Shown here: in pieces, positions 27,890 through 37,097 of the stretch
Layout: every line of letters starts with the position of its first letter
Position numbering within the stretch: the stretch's first letter is position 1
Source: a virus
Taxonomy: Duplodnaviria; Heunggongvirae; Uroviricota; Caudoviricetes
Virus record (IMG/VR): IMGVR_UViG_3300042402_007287
DNA: 39,004 bases
Direction: 5' to 3' (one strand)
The notes under the pieces: model-generated
Databases searched by the model: none
What the model was told of the DNA's origin: nothing
What the model saw: the letters and a program-made list of their open reading frames with translations, nothing else
Program-made: the position numbers and the translations under genes

Positions 27890-29538
27890 CTCATTTCATT
27901 TATAATTCCATTATCTGAATGGAACGGTTCGTTTATTTTTCTTTTTTCCAAAACTAACATACTATCATAATAGTGAATACCAAAAATATTTTTAGTTTCA
28001 TATCTTATCTCCTGTTGTTTGGAATGCCACGCATTTATATAATCAATAAAGTTTTTCGAATATTCTATAAAAGTACCCTCCTTTTTTAATCCTCCTCCGT
28101 AGAATTTGGGCCAATAGGATGTATGTAAATCTTCGCAGATGTATATGGAATCATCAGTCATATGGTCAATCATATGTTCATACGTGATAATTTGTTGACT
28201 CATTGTGTGCCCCCCATCGTCTATTATTATATCCAATTTTGGAATTTTAGTTTTTAGCGATTCTAAAAATTCTTCATCATCTTGGGAGCCTATGAATATT
28301 TCTATTTGTTCTTCTTCGTATATTTTACAATTAGTGTTTATATCTACTCCATAAATTTTTACCTTAGGTCCGAAATAATTTTTCCACATCTCAAGTGAAC
28401 CTCCGTTTTCTACACCAATTTCTAAAATACAAATTTCTTTACCTCTAAATTTAGAAAAATACCTATCGTAGACCTCTAAATAATGAAACCACTTATGAAT
28501 ATTTTTTTTCCCCTTTTTATTCAAGAAAAAATTCTCGAAATCATTTTTAGGTTGAATGTGTTTAATTTTTTCAAAAGTCTCATAATAATTTTTTTCTTTC
28601 TTTTTTGCAAAAATTAATCCTATGTCTGAATTAAAATCTTTTCCCTCCTCAAATTCCCAATCGAATTCATTTCTTTCTAATTTATCGATAAGAGATTTTA
28701 TCCTGAAGTCAGTGTTGAAGTGAAATTCAACATGTATTTTTTTTATTGTTTTAAAAAAAACGTCAGGTATAGATTCAAAAACCTCGTATTCCGTACCCTC
28801 ACAATCTATTTTCAAAAAATCTATTTTTTCAATCCCTTGTGATTTAATAAAATCATAAAAATTAACACACTGGACTTGGTAGGATTCTTTATAATCAACA
28901 ACACTGTCGTAAATAGATGAACCCAAGGTATTGTCTCCCTCGTAAAAAGTTAAAGTCTCATTTTTATCCGAAACTGCAAGATTGAAAACTTTAACAATAT
29001 CTTTTCTTGGGTAATCTTTCAACTTTTCAAAAATGTTTTTATTTGGTTCGAATCCGTAAATTTTTGAAGCTTTCTTCATAATTGCCCCTAAAGAAAAAAT
29101 ACCGTGATTGAATCCTATATCTACAACTACATCTCCTTCTTCCACATCTACAATATTTTCGTATTGTCTATCGCAGAAATGTTCTCTCAGAACATCGTTT
29201 ACACCCGCTTGTTGTCCGAGAGTATTTTGTTTTTGAACATTTGTAAGATAGTTTTCATAATCGTACTCTCTCAAATCTATATTTCCATCAAAAACAAATG
29301 GAGCAATCAATTCGTTGGTTTCTAAATCGTAAAAAAAAGCTCTCATATTTTTCCAACTACCAGGAATATATGTGAAATAATGAATGTTTGGATTTGTGTC
29401 AAGTTCCAAGTAATTACTGAACATAAAACTATTGGTGTATCCTTCATATAAATCTATCCTAACATGTAGTTTTTTATTCGAACAATTTAAATATTTTAAT
29501 TTTCTTTCTGATGCAGAATACTCGATAAACCTAATCAT
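27886..29538 (-). CDS. Double methyltransferase: FkbM domain plus class I sugar O-methyltransferase (MycE-like)
   Basis: VVVDIGFNHG, YGFEPN, LKIDCEGTE; then HKW.HY...Y, ILEIGVENGGSLEMW, GVDI, IIIDDGGH, YICED. Confidence 0.85.
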   Translation of the reverse strand: MIRFIEYSASERKLKYLNCSNKKLHVRIDLYEGYTNSFMFSNYLELDTNPNIHYFTYIPGSWKNMRAFFYDLETNELIAPFVFDGNIDLREYDYENYLTNVQKQNTLGQQAGVNDVLREHFCDRQYENIVDVEEGDVVVDIGFNHGIFSLGAIMKKASKIYGFEPNKNIFEKLKDYPRKDIVKVFNLAVSDKNETLTFYEGDNTLGSSIYDSVVDYKESYQVQCVNFYDFIKSQGIEKIDFLKIDCEGTEYEVFESIPDVFFKTIKKIHVEFHFNTDFRIKSLIDKLERNEFDWEFEEGKDFNSDIGLIFAKKKEKNYYETFEKIKHIQPKNDFENFFLNKKGKKNIHKWFHYLEVYDRYFSKFRGKEICILEIGVENGGSLEMWKNYFGPKVKIYGVDINTNCKIYEEEQIEIFIGSQDDEEFLESLKTKIPKLDIIIDDGGHTMSQQIITYEHMIDHMTDDSIYICEDLHTSYWPKFYGGGLKKEGTFIEYSKNFIDYINAWHSKQQEIRYETKNIFGIHYYDSMLVLEKRKINEPFHSDNGIINEMR

Positions 29539-31397
29539 ATTTCCAAGATTGTTTTTAGAATAATTCTATTTTTATTTTTCTCGATTATATCAATATAATA
29601 TTTTCCGTGGTGCAAATTTATGTCCGAAATAAAAAAAGTCCAATAATTAAAAATTTTTTGATTTTGTAAATTTAGAATTTCTTTTTTTTCACTATTTCTG
29701 ACAACGAAGTTGACAGTATCTTCAATTTTTTTACCTGTTAAAAAAGAGTTTCTTTGAAAGAACAATGTGTTGTTTTTAAAGTTTACCAAAAAATCATCCT
29801 CGCACAAAACAGTTTTACCGTAGTTTTCTCTTATTTTTTTGTAGAATTCAAAGTCTTTGAATCCGTGAAATATATAAATCTCATTTTCATTTTTTGGTAA
29901 TTTAACATGTTCGGAAATTAAACTTATATTGTAGCTGTAATTTTTAATTTTTTGCATATCTAAAAATGGTGATTCTTCCATATCAATTAATGGAAGTGAT
30001 TTTTTTAATTCATATTTAGATAATAATATATTAGCCGAGTCTTCGTCGTGTAATCTGAATATCCCTGGTTTTGTATTTTTGTATTTGTTGTATATTTCCA
30101 TCTGTTCTTCAAAGAACCATCTTGAATTTTTATCAAAAAGGATTACGTTGCATTTTCTTCTAGGAAATATTCTTATTGGTATATTAGTGACCTCTGACAA
30201 TATATCTAAAGTGCTTACCCATTCACGTGTAGGTAATATATCGTTAGCATAAAGTCTATCATGGACGTGGGAATTCATCAAAGGATAATTTTCGATTTCA
30301 TCGAAAAAGTTTCCTAAGTCATCGGAAACATTGGTTAAATAAACATCAGTGTCAATGTAAACAAATTTAGTATCACTTAGATAGTTTATCGCATCCGAAA
30401 GAATAATTGGTTTTGATGATAACACAGTTATATCTCTTCCATTTACGTCTAAATCACCTTTTGGTAAATCTAATCTCCTAACTATGAACTGTTCATCTAA
30501 ATTAGTAATAAGTTCAGAGGTATAGTTTATTGTATACAAAAGACATTTTCTGTTTGAATATTTTCGAATGGAATCGATAAAACCCTCGAGTAATTTTTCA
30601 TAATTTTCAGTGAAGTAGGTCACCCACATGAAGTCATCAGAAAATTTTTTGGAGTTTGTGCAAGTTATCGTATTACCAATTCGACTCAGTTTTGTGTTAT
30701 TCTTATTATAAAAATGATGTAGTAATTTTTCTTCCGAGTTTACATAAACCTTTCCTCCAAACCATTTACAATTTGGAATCAACTTTCCTTCTATAACATC
30801 AAAATTTGAACAATCATAAAGAATTTTTACTTTGGAATTTTTTTGATGAAGTTCGTTTAATTCATTTTCATCGAAAGCAATTACATCGTAGTTTATTAAA
30901 TTGTTTACGAATTCAGCAAACTTTATTTTGTAAATAGTTCTGTTTTGCTCGGTGTTTTTAATTATGGTAAGGGGTCCAGAAATTCTATCATGATAGTTTC
31001 GTTCTCCAAAAGAAATAACATCGAAAGATTCCAAATACGGGTCAACAAATTTTCTCAAGTCACCAAAAAGAGTATCAATGTCGTAATGCCCAAAAAAATC
31101 ATAACCTCTCAGATGTTCAGAAAACAAATCACCCAAAGATGATTTTAAAATACAAACATTCCTGAGATTATTAATTTTGTAGTCTATCCCAATTTTCGAC
31201 TTGATGAGTTTTTTTAAGGATTCTATCCCTACTTTAATAACTTTGTAATTTTTACTATTCAAATCAATATCTTGGTCAGTTACAAAAAGAAAATCTATAT
31301 TTAGATTTTTAGTTGTTTCATAGTGATACCAAAAATAATCAGGTATTTTTCCAATCCAAAGTTGAATAAGGATTATGTTGGGGTTTTTTATCTGCAT
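29535..31397 (-). CDS. Two-domain putative glycosyltransferase (DUF6625-like plus a GT-A-like domain)
   Basis: WIGKIPDYF...YDFFGHYDIDTLFGDL (DUF6625-like); second domain SKP...FVYIDTD...HDED. Confidence 0.7.
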   Translation of the reverse strand: MQIKNPNIILIQLWIGKIPDYFWYHYETTKNLNIDFLFVTDQDIDLNSKNYKVIKVGIESLKKLIKSKIGIDYKINNLRNVCILKSSLGDLFSEHLRGYDFFGHYDIDTLFGDLRKFVDPYLESFDVISFGERNYHDRISGPLTIIKNTEQNRTIYKIKFAEFVNNLINYDVIAFDENELNELHQKNSKVKILYDCSNFDVIEGKLIPNCKWFGGKVYVNSEEKLLHHFYNKNNTKLSRIGNTITCTNSKKFSDDFMWVTYFTENYEKLLEGFIDSIRKYSNRKCLLYTINYTSELITNLDEQFIVRRLDLPKGDLDVNGRDITVLSSKPIILSDAINYLSDTKFVYIDTDVYLTNVSDDLGNFFDEIENYPLMNSHVHDRLYANDILPTREWVSTLDILSEVTNIPIRIFPRRKCNVILFDKNSRWFFEEQMEIYNKYKNTKPGIFRLHDEDSANILLSKYELKKSLPLIDMEESPFLDMQKIKNYSYNISLISEHVKLPKNENEIYIFHGFKDFEFYKKIRENYGKTVLCEDDFLVNFKNNTLFFQRNSFLTGKKIEDTVNFVVRNSEKKEILNLQNQKIFNYWTFFISDINLHHGKYYIDIIEKNKNRIILKTILEI

Positions 31398-31449
31398 TCT
31401 ACTTTAATTATAGTTTGAATTTAACTATATTTCAATAAAATTTGTCCTA

Positions 31450-33732
31450 ATGATTAAAATATATGCACACGGTTCCTACGTTGGAAATACAGGTTATAAT
31501 CAACACACGAGGGATTTTTTTAGACATTTATCAAAACATGCCAAAATAAAGTTCCGAAATTTTACCGTTGGAAACTCTTGGAAAGGTTACAACTTAGAAC
31601 CTCACAATGAAGAACCATATTTCAACCAAACAGATAGAGAATTATTATATGAACAAGTACTTTGGGATGATGCCGCTAGAGGTAAAAGAAGTAATTATAA
31701 AATCTATCCTGATGAATCCAAAGAGTTCGAACAGGACTTGAACATAGTTTTGTGTGAAACTAATCATAATCTTTTTTATGATGAATACGAGGGTCCAAAG
31801 ATTGCATATAATGTTTGGGAGTCTACACTACAACCACAGGGTTATTTTAATAAATTATTAGAGTTTGACGAATTGTGGGTTCCTTCTGAATGGCAGAAAG
31901 ATTGTACTGTGAAACAAGGATATCCCTCAGATAAAATAAAAGTTGTCCCTGAAGGTGTAGACATCAAAACTTTTTATCCCGATAAGAATGCAAAACACCC
32001 TTTGACCGAAGGAAAATTTACATTCTTCTTAGCCGGTCGTTGGGACTACAGGAAATCGATAAAGGAAATTATCGAAACATTTATAAAAACGTTTGATAAA
32101 ACTGTAAATGTTGAATTGATAATATCAGTAGATAATCCTTTTTCCAACGATGGATTGAGCTCCACTGAAGAAAGATTGAAACATTATGAACTTGAAGATG
32201 AAAGAATAAAAATTTTACATTTTCCACCAAGAGAAGAGTACATCAAACTTCTAAAATCATGTAGTGTATTTGTTTCATGTGCGAGGTCTGAAGGTTGGAA
32301 CCTTCCTCTAATTGAATCTATGGCTTGTGGTACACCATCAATATATTCGAACTGTTCAGGTCAGTTAGAATTTGCAAAAAACAAAGGTCTTCCTGTAAAA
32401 ATATCACACGAGCTACCTGTAAGTGCAAGTACTTACAACCATTTTAACGACAATGTTGGGAATTACTATGAACCTGATTTTGAGGATTTATCGAGAGTAA
32501 TGAAATACGCCTACGAAAATTACGAATCCATTAAAAAAACTGCGTTGATTGATTCCGAAAAAATTAGAAAAGATTTCAATTGGGAAAATGTTGCTAAGAT
32601 TGGGTTAGATACAATCAAAGATTTTTTGAAAAGACATAAATCATTACCCCCCAAACCAAAGAAAAAAAATGAAATTATTGTTTCATATTTAGATGGTCCG
32701 AGAGTTGAGGTTTTGGGAGACGATAAGGAAAATTATCTTGTTGAATTTATAAATTCGGATACAGGAGAAGTTATACATTCACAAACAATAAGTAATAACA
32801 TGTGGACCGCTTGCGGAAAAAAATATTACATTCCATGGGAAATAAAGATAAATGGAAAATTATTCGATAAGTTAGACTTAGAGGGTAAAGAAGTGATGAT
32901 AACCTTGGAGTCAAGTTCTCTTGGTGACACAATAGCTTGGACACCATATGCCGTAAAATTTGCAGAAAAACATAAATGTAAAGTTATTATGGCAACCTTT
33001 CATAATGAGTTTTTCCAAAATTTAAAGACATACGAAAATATCAAATTTATTAAACCAGGTGTTTCTCATACGTGTCATGCAATATACAGGATTGGCTGGT
33101 TCAAAGAAAATAATAAATGGGAAGTTTTTGACAAATACCCAAATCAAGTAAATTTAATCCCAATACAACAGACATCCTCAGACATTTTGGGATTAGATTT
33201 TCAAGAATTGAACTTAGGTTTAGATTTCAAAAAAGGTGATTCTCCATTAGATAAAGATTATGTTGTATTTGGACCAAACGCAACTTCAGGTTGTAAAGAA
33301 TGGGACTATAATAGTTGGGTAACCTTATCAAAATTGTTGCAAGAAATAGGATATGAAGTTGTTATCATAACAAAAAACCCTTTCATGATTGAAGGTACGA
33401 CAAATATTTGGGGTGAAAGTTTGAATGTGGTTGCAAATTACTTATATCATGCAAAAGCATTCATAGGGTTAGGTTCAGGACTTTCTTGGTTGAATTGGGG
33501 TTTGGGTAAACATACTTACATGATAAATGGTTTTTCTAAACCTGGTCATGAATTCACAAGTAAAATAACACGTATTCAAAACAACGTTTGTATATTTTGT
33601 TGGAATGATGAAGTATTTGTTTTTGATGCTGGAGATTGGGATTGGTGTCCCGTCTATAAGGGAACTAAAAAACAGCACATCTGTCAAAGGTCAATAACAC
33701 CATTACAAGTTTTCCAAAGTTTAGAATTATGA
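31450..33732 (+). CDS. Fusion of a GT4 glycosyltransferase and an Aah/TibC-type (BAHT) O-heptosyltransferase
   Basis: GT4 SEGWNLPLIESMACGTP; then beta-barrel YLDGPRV...DTGEVI...KKYYIPW, SSLGDTIAWTPYAVKF, FIGLGSGLSWL and iron-finger CIFCWND...WCP...IC. Confidence 0.85.
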   Translation: MIKIYAHGSYVGNTGYNQHTRDFFRHLSKHAKIKFRNFTVGNSWKGYNLEPHNEEPYFNQTDRELLYEQVLWDDAARGKRSNYKIYPDESKEFEQDLNIVLCETNHNLFYDEYEGPKIAYNVWESTLQPQGYFNKLLEFDELWVPSEWQKDCTVKQGYPSDKIKVVPEGVDIKTFYPDKNAKHPLTEGKFTFFLAGRWDYRKSIKEIIETFIKTFDKTVNVELIISVDNPFSNDGLSSTEERLKHYELEDERIKILHFPPREEYIKLLKSCSVFVSCARSEGWNLPLIESMACGTPSIYSNCSGQLEFAKNKGLPVKISHELPVSASTYNHFNDNVGNYYEPDFEDLSRVMKYAYENYESIKKTALIDSEKIRKDFNWENVAKIGLDTIKDFLKRHKSLPPKPKKKNEIIVSYLDGPRVEVLGDDKENYLVEFINSDTGEVIHSQTISNNMWTACGKKYYIPWEIKINGKLFDKLDLEGKEVMITLESSSLGDTIAWTPYAVKFAEKHKCKVIMATFHNEFFQNLKTYENIKFIKPGVSHTCHAIYRIGWFKENNKWEVFDKYPNQVNLIPIQQTSSDILGLDFQELNLGLDFKKGDSPLDKDYVVFGPNATSGCKEWDYNSWVTLSKLLQEIGYEVVIITKNPFMIEGTTNIWGESLNVVANYLYHAKAFIGLGSGLSWLNWGLGKHTYMINGFSKPGHEFTSKITRIQNNVCIFCWNDEVFVFDAGDWDWCPVYKGTKKQHICQRSITPLQVFQSLEL

Positions 33733-34619
33733 AAACAATCTTGATTAAACTACTTTCAAACTCATTAGGAGATACAATCGCCATCATGCCATGTGTTGAT
33801 TATTTCATTGAGCGAAGTAGTGATAATGTTTTGTTACAAATAAACAAAAACTTCGAATTTTTATTTAGAAATTCTTTTCCGAAAATAAAATATTTTTCGG
33901 AGGATATGAATTTTGATAAAAAAATTGATTTGGTCTATAACCACACTAAACCATTACAAACAGGATACGCCAATCAACTCGGATTTATAGATTGGTCATA
34001 TATTAGACCAAAAGTTGATTCATTCACATCTGATAGACCAATAAAAAATAAATATGTTTCCATGAGTATACACTCAACATCACAGTTAAAATATTGGAAT
34101 CATAAAGATGGTATCTCTGTTCAACCATTATCACCAAATTGGTCCGAACTTTCAGGTATGATAAGAAAAAAGGGATATACCCCTGTAATAATTGAAAGGG
34201 ATGAAATGTTCGGACTACCTCCATTCAGAAATGGAATGCCAACAAAAGCCCAAAAAGTTTTTGGTATATCCCTTTTGGATACTATGAATTACATTCACCA
34301 CTCAGAGTTTTTTATTGGACTTTCTTCAGGACTTTCATGGTTGGCTCATGCCATGGGAAAAAAGGTTTGTATGATTTCTAATTTCACCGAAGAATCACAT
34401 GAATTTGATTTATCAACAAATGATTACGTTAGAATTACAAATAAATCTGTTTGTCATGGATGTTGGAATCAGGTCGGAAAGGGACTATATTTTGACAATG
34501 AAGACTGGTATTGGTGTCCCAAACATAAAGGTACTGAGAGACAGTTTGAATGTCACACATCAATAACACCACAAATGGTGATGGATAAAATAAATAATTG
34601 GTTAAATTATGAAAAATAA
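33729..34619 (+). CDS. Aah/TibC-type O-heptosyltransferase lacking the N-terminal barrel
   Basis: SNSLGDTIA, HST...K.W, FFIGLSSGLSWLAHAMGKKVCMISNF and iron-finger CHGCWN...FD..DW.WCPKHKGTERQFECHTSITP. Confidence 0.85.
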   Translation: MKTILIKLLSNSLGDTIAIMPCVDYFIERSSDNVLLQINKNFEFLFRNSFPKIKYFSEDMNFDKKIDLVYNHTKPLQTGYANQLGFIDWSYIRPKVDSFTSDRPIKNKYVSMSIHSTSQLKYWNHKDGISVQPLSPNWSELSGMIRKKGYTPVIIERDEMFGLPPFRNGMPTKAQKVFGISLLDTMNYIHHSEFFIGLSSGLSWLAHAMGKKVCMISNFTEESHEFDLSTNDYVRITNKSVCHGCWNQVGKGLYFDNEDWYWCPKHKGTERQFECHTSITPQMVMDKINNWLNYEK

Positions 34620-35241
34620 AACTTACGGTTTAGTTATTAGTTCATACAAATATGGTCACTTAGCATCCCATTGCATAGAATCAGTTCTATGTCAAACAAA
34701 AAAATTTGACAAAATATGGTTTGTAGACGATGGTGTAGGTGATTGTTATTTTCTTGAAAAATTATATCCTACAATACATTTTGTTTTCAGGAAAGAAAAT
34801 TATGGGGTTGTCAAAAATTTCCAAGATATGCTCCAAAAAGTAGATACTGATTTCGTAATGTTTTTAGGTGCGGATAATTGGTTGCGTGCAGATACACTAG
34901 AGCGTTTAACTTATATGAAACCTCACACCGATATTGTAACTTTTGATGTTATAGTTACAGGAACACTAAGACATGAAATAATTACTACTTACCCAAATGA
35001 AATAACTAAAACTATGGGTGATTTTTATTGGTCCAGAAAATTCAAACATCATGGGTCTATGTTATATAACACAAAACTTGCATTAGAAAGTGGTGGTTAT
35101 GCAAATAATTTTACAAGTATAAGGACAGATGAGGACCTGAATCTATGGGAAAAAATGATAAAAAGAGGTGCGACTTTAAGTCATGTGGAAGAGGGTCTCC
35201 TCTATTATCGAAGACATCAAGAAAATTTTTATAAATATTAA
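34609..35241 (+). CDS. GT2-family glycosyltransferase
   Basis: SSYKYG...CIESVL.Q, VDDG, FLGADNW, DEDLNLW, YYRRH. Confidence 0.85.
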   Translation: MKNKTYGLVISSYKYGHLASHCIESVLCQTKKFDKIWFVDDGVGDCYFLEKLYPTIHFVFRKENYGVVKNFQDMLQKVDTDFVMFLGADNWLRADTLERLTYMKPHTDIVTFDVIVTGTLRHEIITTYPNEITKTMGDFYWSRKFKHHGSMLYNTKLALESGGYANNFTSIRTDEDLNLWEKMIKRGATLSHVEEGLLYYRRHQENFYKY

Positions 35242-35978
35242 GGGGTTGCTACTCCTCTTTTAGAAACCACTATCGAAGATTTTTCATTAGCATAGATTAT
35301 TGACTCTTCAATGTCTTTTGTTTTGAAATAAGCCAATATAAAGGCAGTAGTGAATGTATCACCAGCTCCACTGACATCTATCGTTTCTTGTGGTTTGGGG
35401 CTTTTATAAATGGTACCGTCATACTTAGCACCTTTTTCCCCTAAAGTGACTATTATGTTTTTACAATTTTGTAAATCTAAATTGTTATTAGCCTCTTTTT
35501 CATTCAACTTTACAAACGTAAATGAATCGACTATTTCTCTATTTAGTTTTCTTTTGGAGTCGAGAATGGAAAGTTTGGAGAATTTCCCCAAATATTTTAA
35601 CCATTCATCATCTAAAAAACCTTTATTATAATCAGATACAATAACAATATCGAAATTTTTTATACTAGACAATCTTTCCTGTGAATGGGTCATAGGTGAA
35701 ATATATGACTCACCGTCATCCAATCTCAAAAACATGTGATTAGTTTTTCTATCAACAAATCTAGTTTTGAATACTCTTTCACTTTGATACCAATGCTCAA
35801 TACTACAATCTTGCTCAAGAGCCTTGAGGTTCTCCACAACATTACCTGACATTCCAGGATTTTGTATGGTTTGTACAGGATTCATTACAGGAACTGGAGC
35901 TTCAGGACAAAGTCTTTTACACTCTCCGTATATGAAATTATCTTCACAAAGTTCTCCAACAACAAGTATTTTTATCAT
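35238..35978 (-). CDS. rfaE1: RfaE/HldE domain I: heptose-7-phosphate kinase (PfkB family)
   Basis: ILVVGE..ED..IYG...RLCPEAPVPV, GMSGNV, SDYNKG, LDSK, VKLNE.E, DVSGAGDTF. Confidence 0.88.
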   Translation of the reverse strand: MIKILVVGELCEDNFIYGECKRLCPEAPVPVMNPVQTIQNPGMSGNVVENLKALEQDCSIEHWYQSERVFKTRFVDRKTNHMFLRLDDGESYISPMTHSQERLSSIKNFDIVIVSDYNKGFLDDEWLKYLGKFSKLSILDSKRKLNREIVDSFTFVKLNEKEANNNLDLQNCKNIIVTLGEKGAKYDGTIYKSPKPQETIDVSGAGDTFTTAFILAYFKTKDIEESIIYANEKSSIVVSKRGVATP

Positions 35979-36364
35979 TTTTTATAATAATTTAAAATTT
36001 TTGTTGAACTATAGTTTGGTATTTTTTCAAAGAAAACAAGTTTTTTTGCGTGTTCACTTCCGTACACTATTTGTTCTTTATAATCATCACCGATGACCAT
36101 AATGTCAGGTGAGAAGTTTTTTACGTTTTCGATGAGTTCTTCTCTTGAATCGAATAACACCACTTCATCAACAAATTTTATGGATTCTAGCATTTTTTTT
36201 CTATCATCTTGAGTGTTGAAGGGTCTGTCTTCCCCTTTCAATTCTTTAACTCTTTTATCTGTGTCTATTCCTACTCTTAAATAACCAAATTGAGATGCAA
36301 ATTCCAAAAGTTTTATATGACCTATGTGTAATATGTCAAATGTACCATTTACCCAAACTTTCAT
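35975..36364 (-). CDS. rfaE2: RfaE/HldE domain II: heptose-1-phosphate nucleotidyltransferase (cytidyltransferase-like)
   Basis: VNGTFDILHIGH, GIDTD..VKELKG..RP, VDEVVLFD, GDDY, YSST. Confidence 0.85.
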   Translation of the reverse strand: MKVWVNGTFDILHIGHIKLLEFASQFGYLRVGIDTDKRVKELKGEDRPFNTQDDRKKMLESIKFVDEVVLFDSREELIENVKNFSPDIMVIGDDYKEQIVYGSEHAKKLVFFEKIPNYSSTKILNYYKK

Positions 36365-36666
36365 AATTCTTCAATTCTTTTTGATTTGTCACAAATTATC
36401 AAATCATAATGGGGTTTGTGGTTCATTTTTAATTCGTGAAACTTACAACCCCACTCATTCAATTGTTTGAATGTCAGTTCACTCCAATCACGTTTTGTTT
36501 TCTGCCCTCTTGCAGTATAATAAACAATCGTGTGACCTTCATCATACAATTTATTTATTTTATCAATATGATGAGGGAATGGTTCCGCTTCGTTATAATC
36601 TTTGACTAAACTACAAATAGTCCCATCTATATCTACGTATATTATTTTTGGCTGTCCCCTTTCCAT
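36361..36666 (-). CDS. Small HAD phosphatase (EcbF/BcbF capsule-biosynthesis type)
   Basis: YVDIDGTIC, YYTARG, KPHYDLIICDK motifs. Confidence 0.8.
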   Translation of the reverse strand: MERGQPKIIYVDIDGTICSLVKDYNEAEPFPHHIDKINKLYDEGHTIVYYTARGQKTKRDWSELTFKQLNEWGCKFHELKMNHKPHYDLIICDKSKRIEEL

Positions 36667-37028
36667 ACTCTATATGAATCTGAATCAAAATGTTGAGTTG
36701 ATACTTCAAATACTTCGCCATCAGTGATAGCTTCTAATTGATGTGGTTGACCAGGTAATTGTCTAACAGTATCACCAGGTTTTAGTATTGTTTCCATAGT
36801 ATCTGCGGTTTCCACATCAATCCATCTATAAATAAACTCACCTGAATTTACATACCAAGTTTCGTCTTTAATCATATGATAATGCATAGAGAACTTTGCA
36901 CCCTTTTTGAATACTAAAACTTTACCACAATAAAGTGGGTCATTTATTATAATAATTTCATGCCCCCAACCCTTTGGTATTTTGCATTCGGGACACTCAT
37001 GAACATTTACAACTGAAGGTTTCCTCAT
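36642..37028 (-). CDS. Cupin-fold sugar isomerase/epimerase
   Basis: KGWGHE, SMHYHMIKDETWYV, PGQPHQL, FEVST cupin metal motifs. Confidence 0.82.
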   Translation of the reverse strand: MRKPSVVNVHECPECKIPKGWGHEIIIINDPLYCGKVLVFKKGAKFSMHYHMIKDETWYVNSGEFIYRWIDVETADTMETILKPGDTVRQLPGQPHQLEAITDGEVFEVSTQHFDSDSYRVWKGDSQK

Positions 37029-37056
37029 GTTTTTTCTTTTAATATAACAATTAAAT

Positions 37057-37087
37057 AAAAAAAAAGGAGAGAATTTCTTCTCTCCTT
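37057..37087 (-). terminator. Rho-independent terminator after the fibre gene
   Basis: Minus strand AAGGAGAGAA-GAAA-TTCTCTCCTT followed by a T run: 10-bp stem with a GNRA loop. Confidence 0.85.
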
Positions 37088-37097
37088 GAATTTATTT

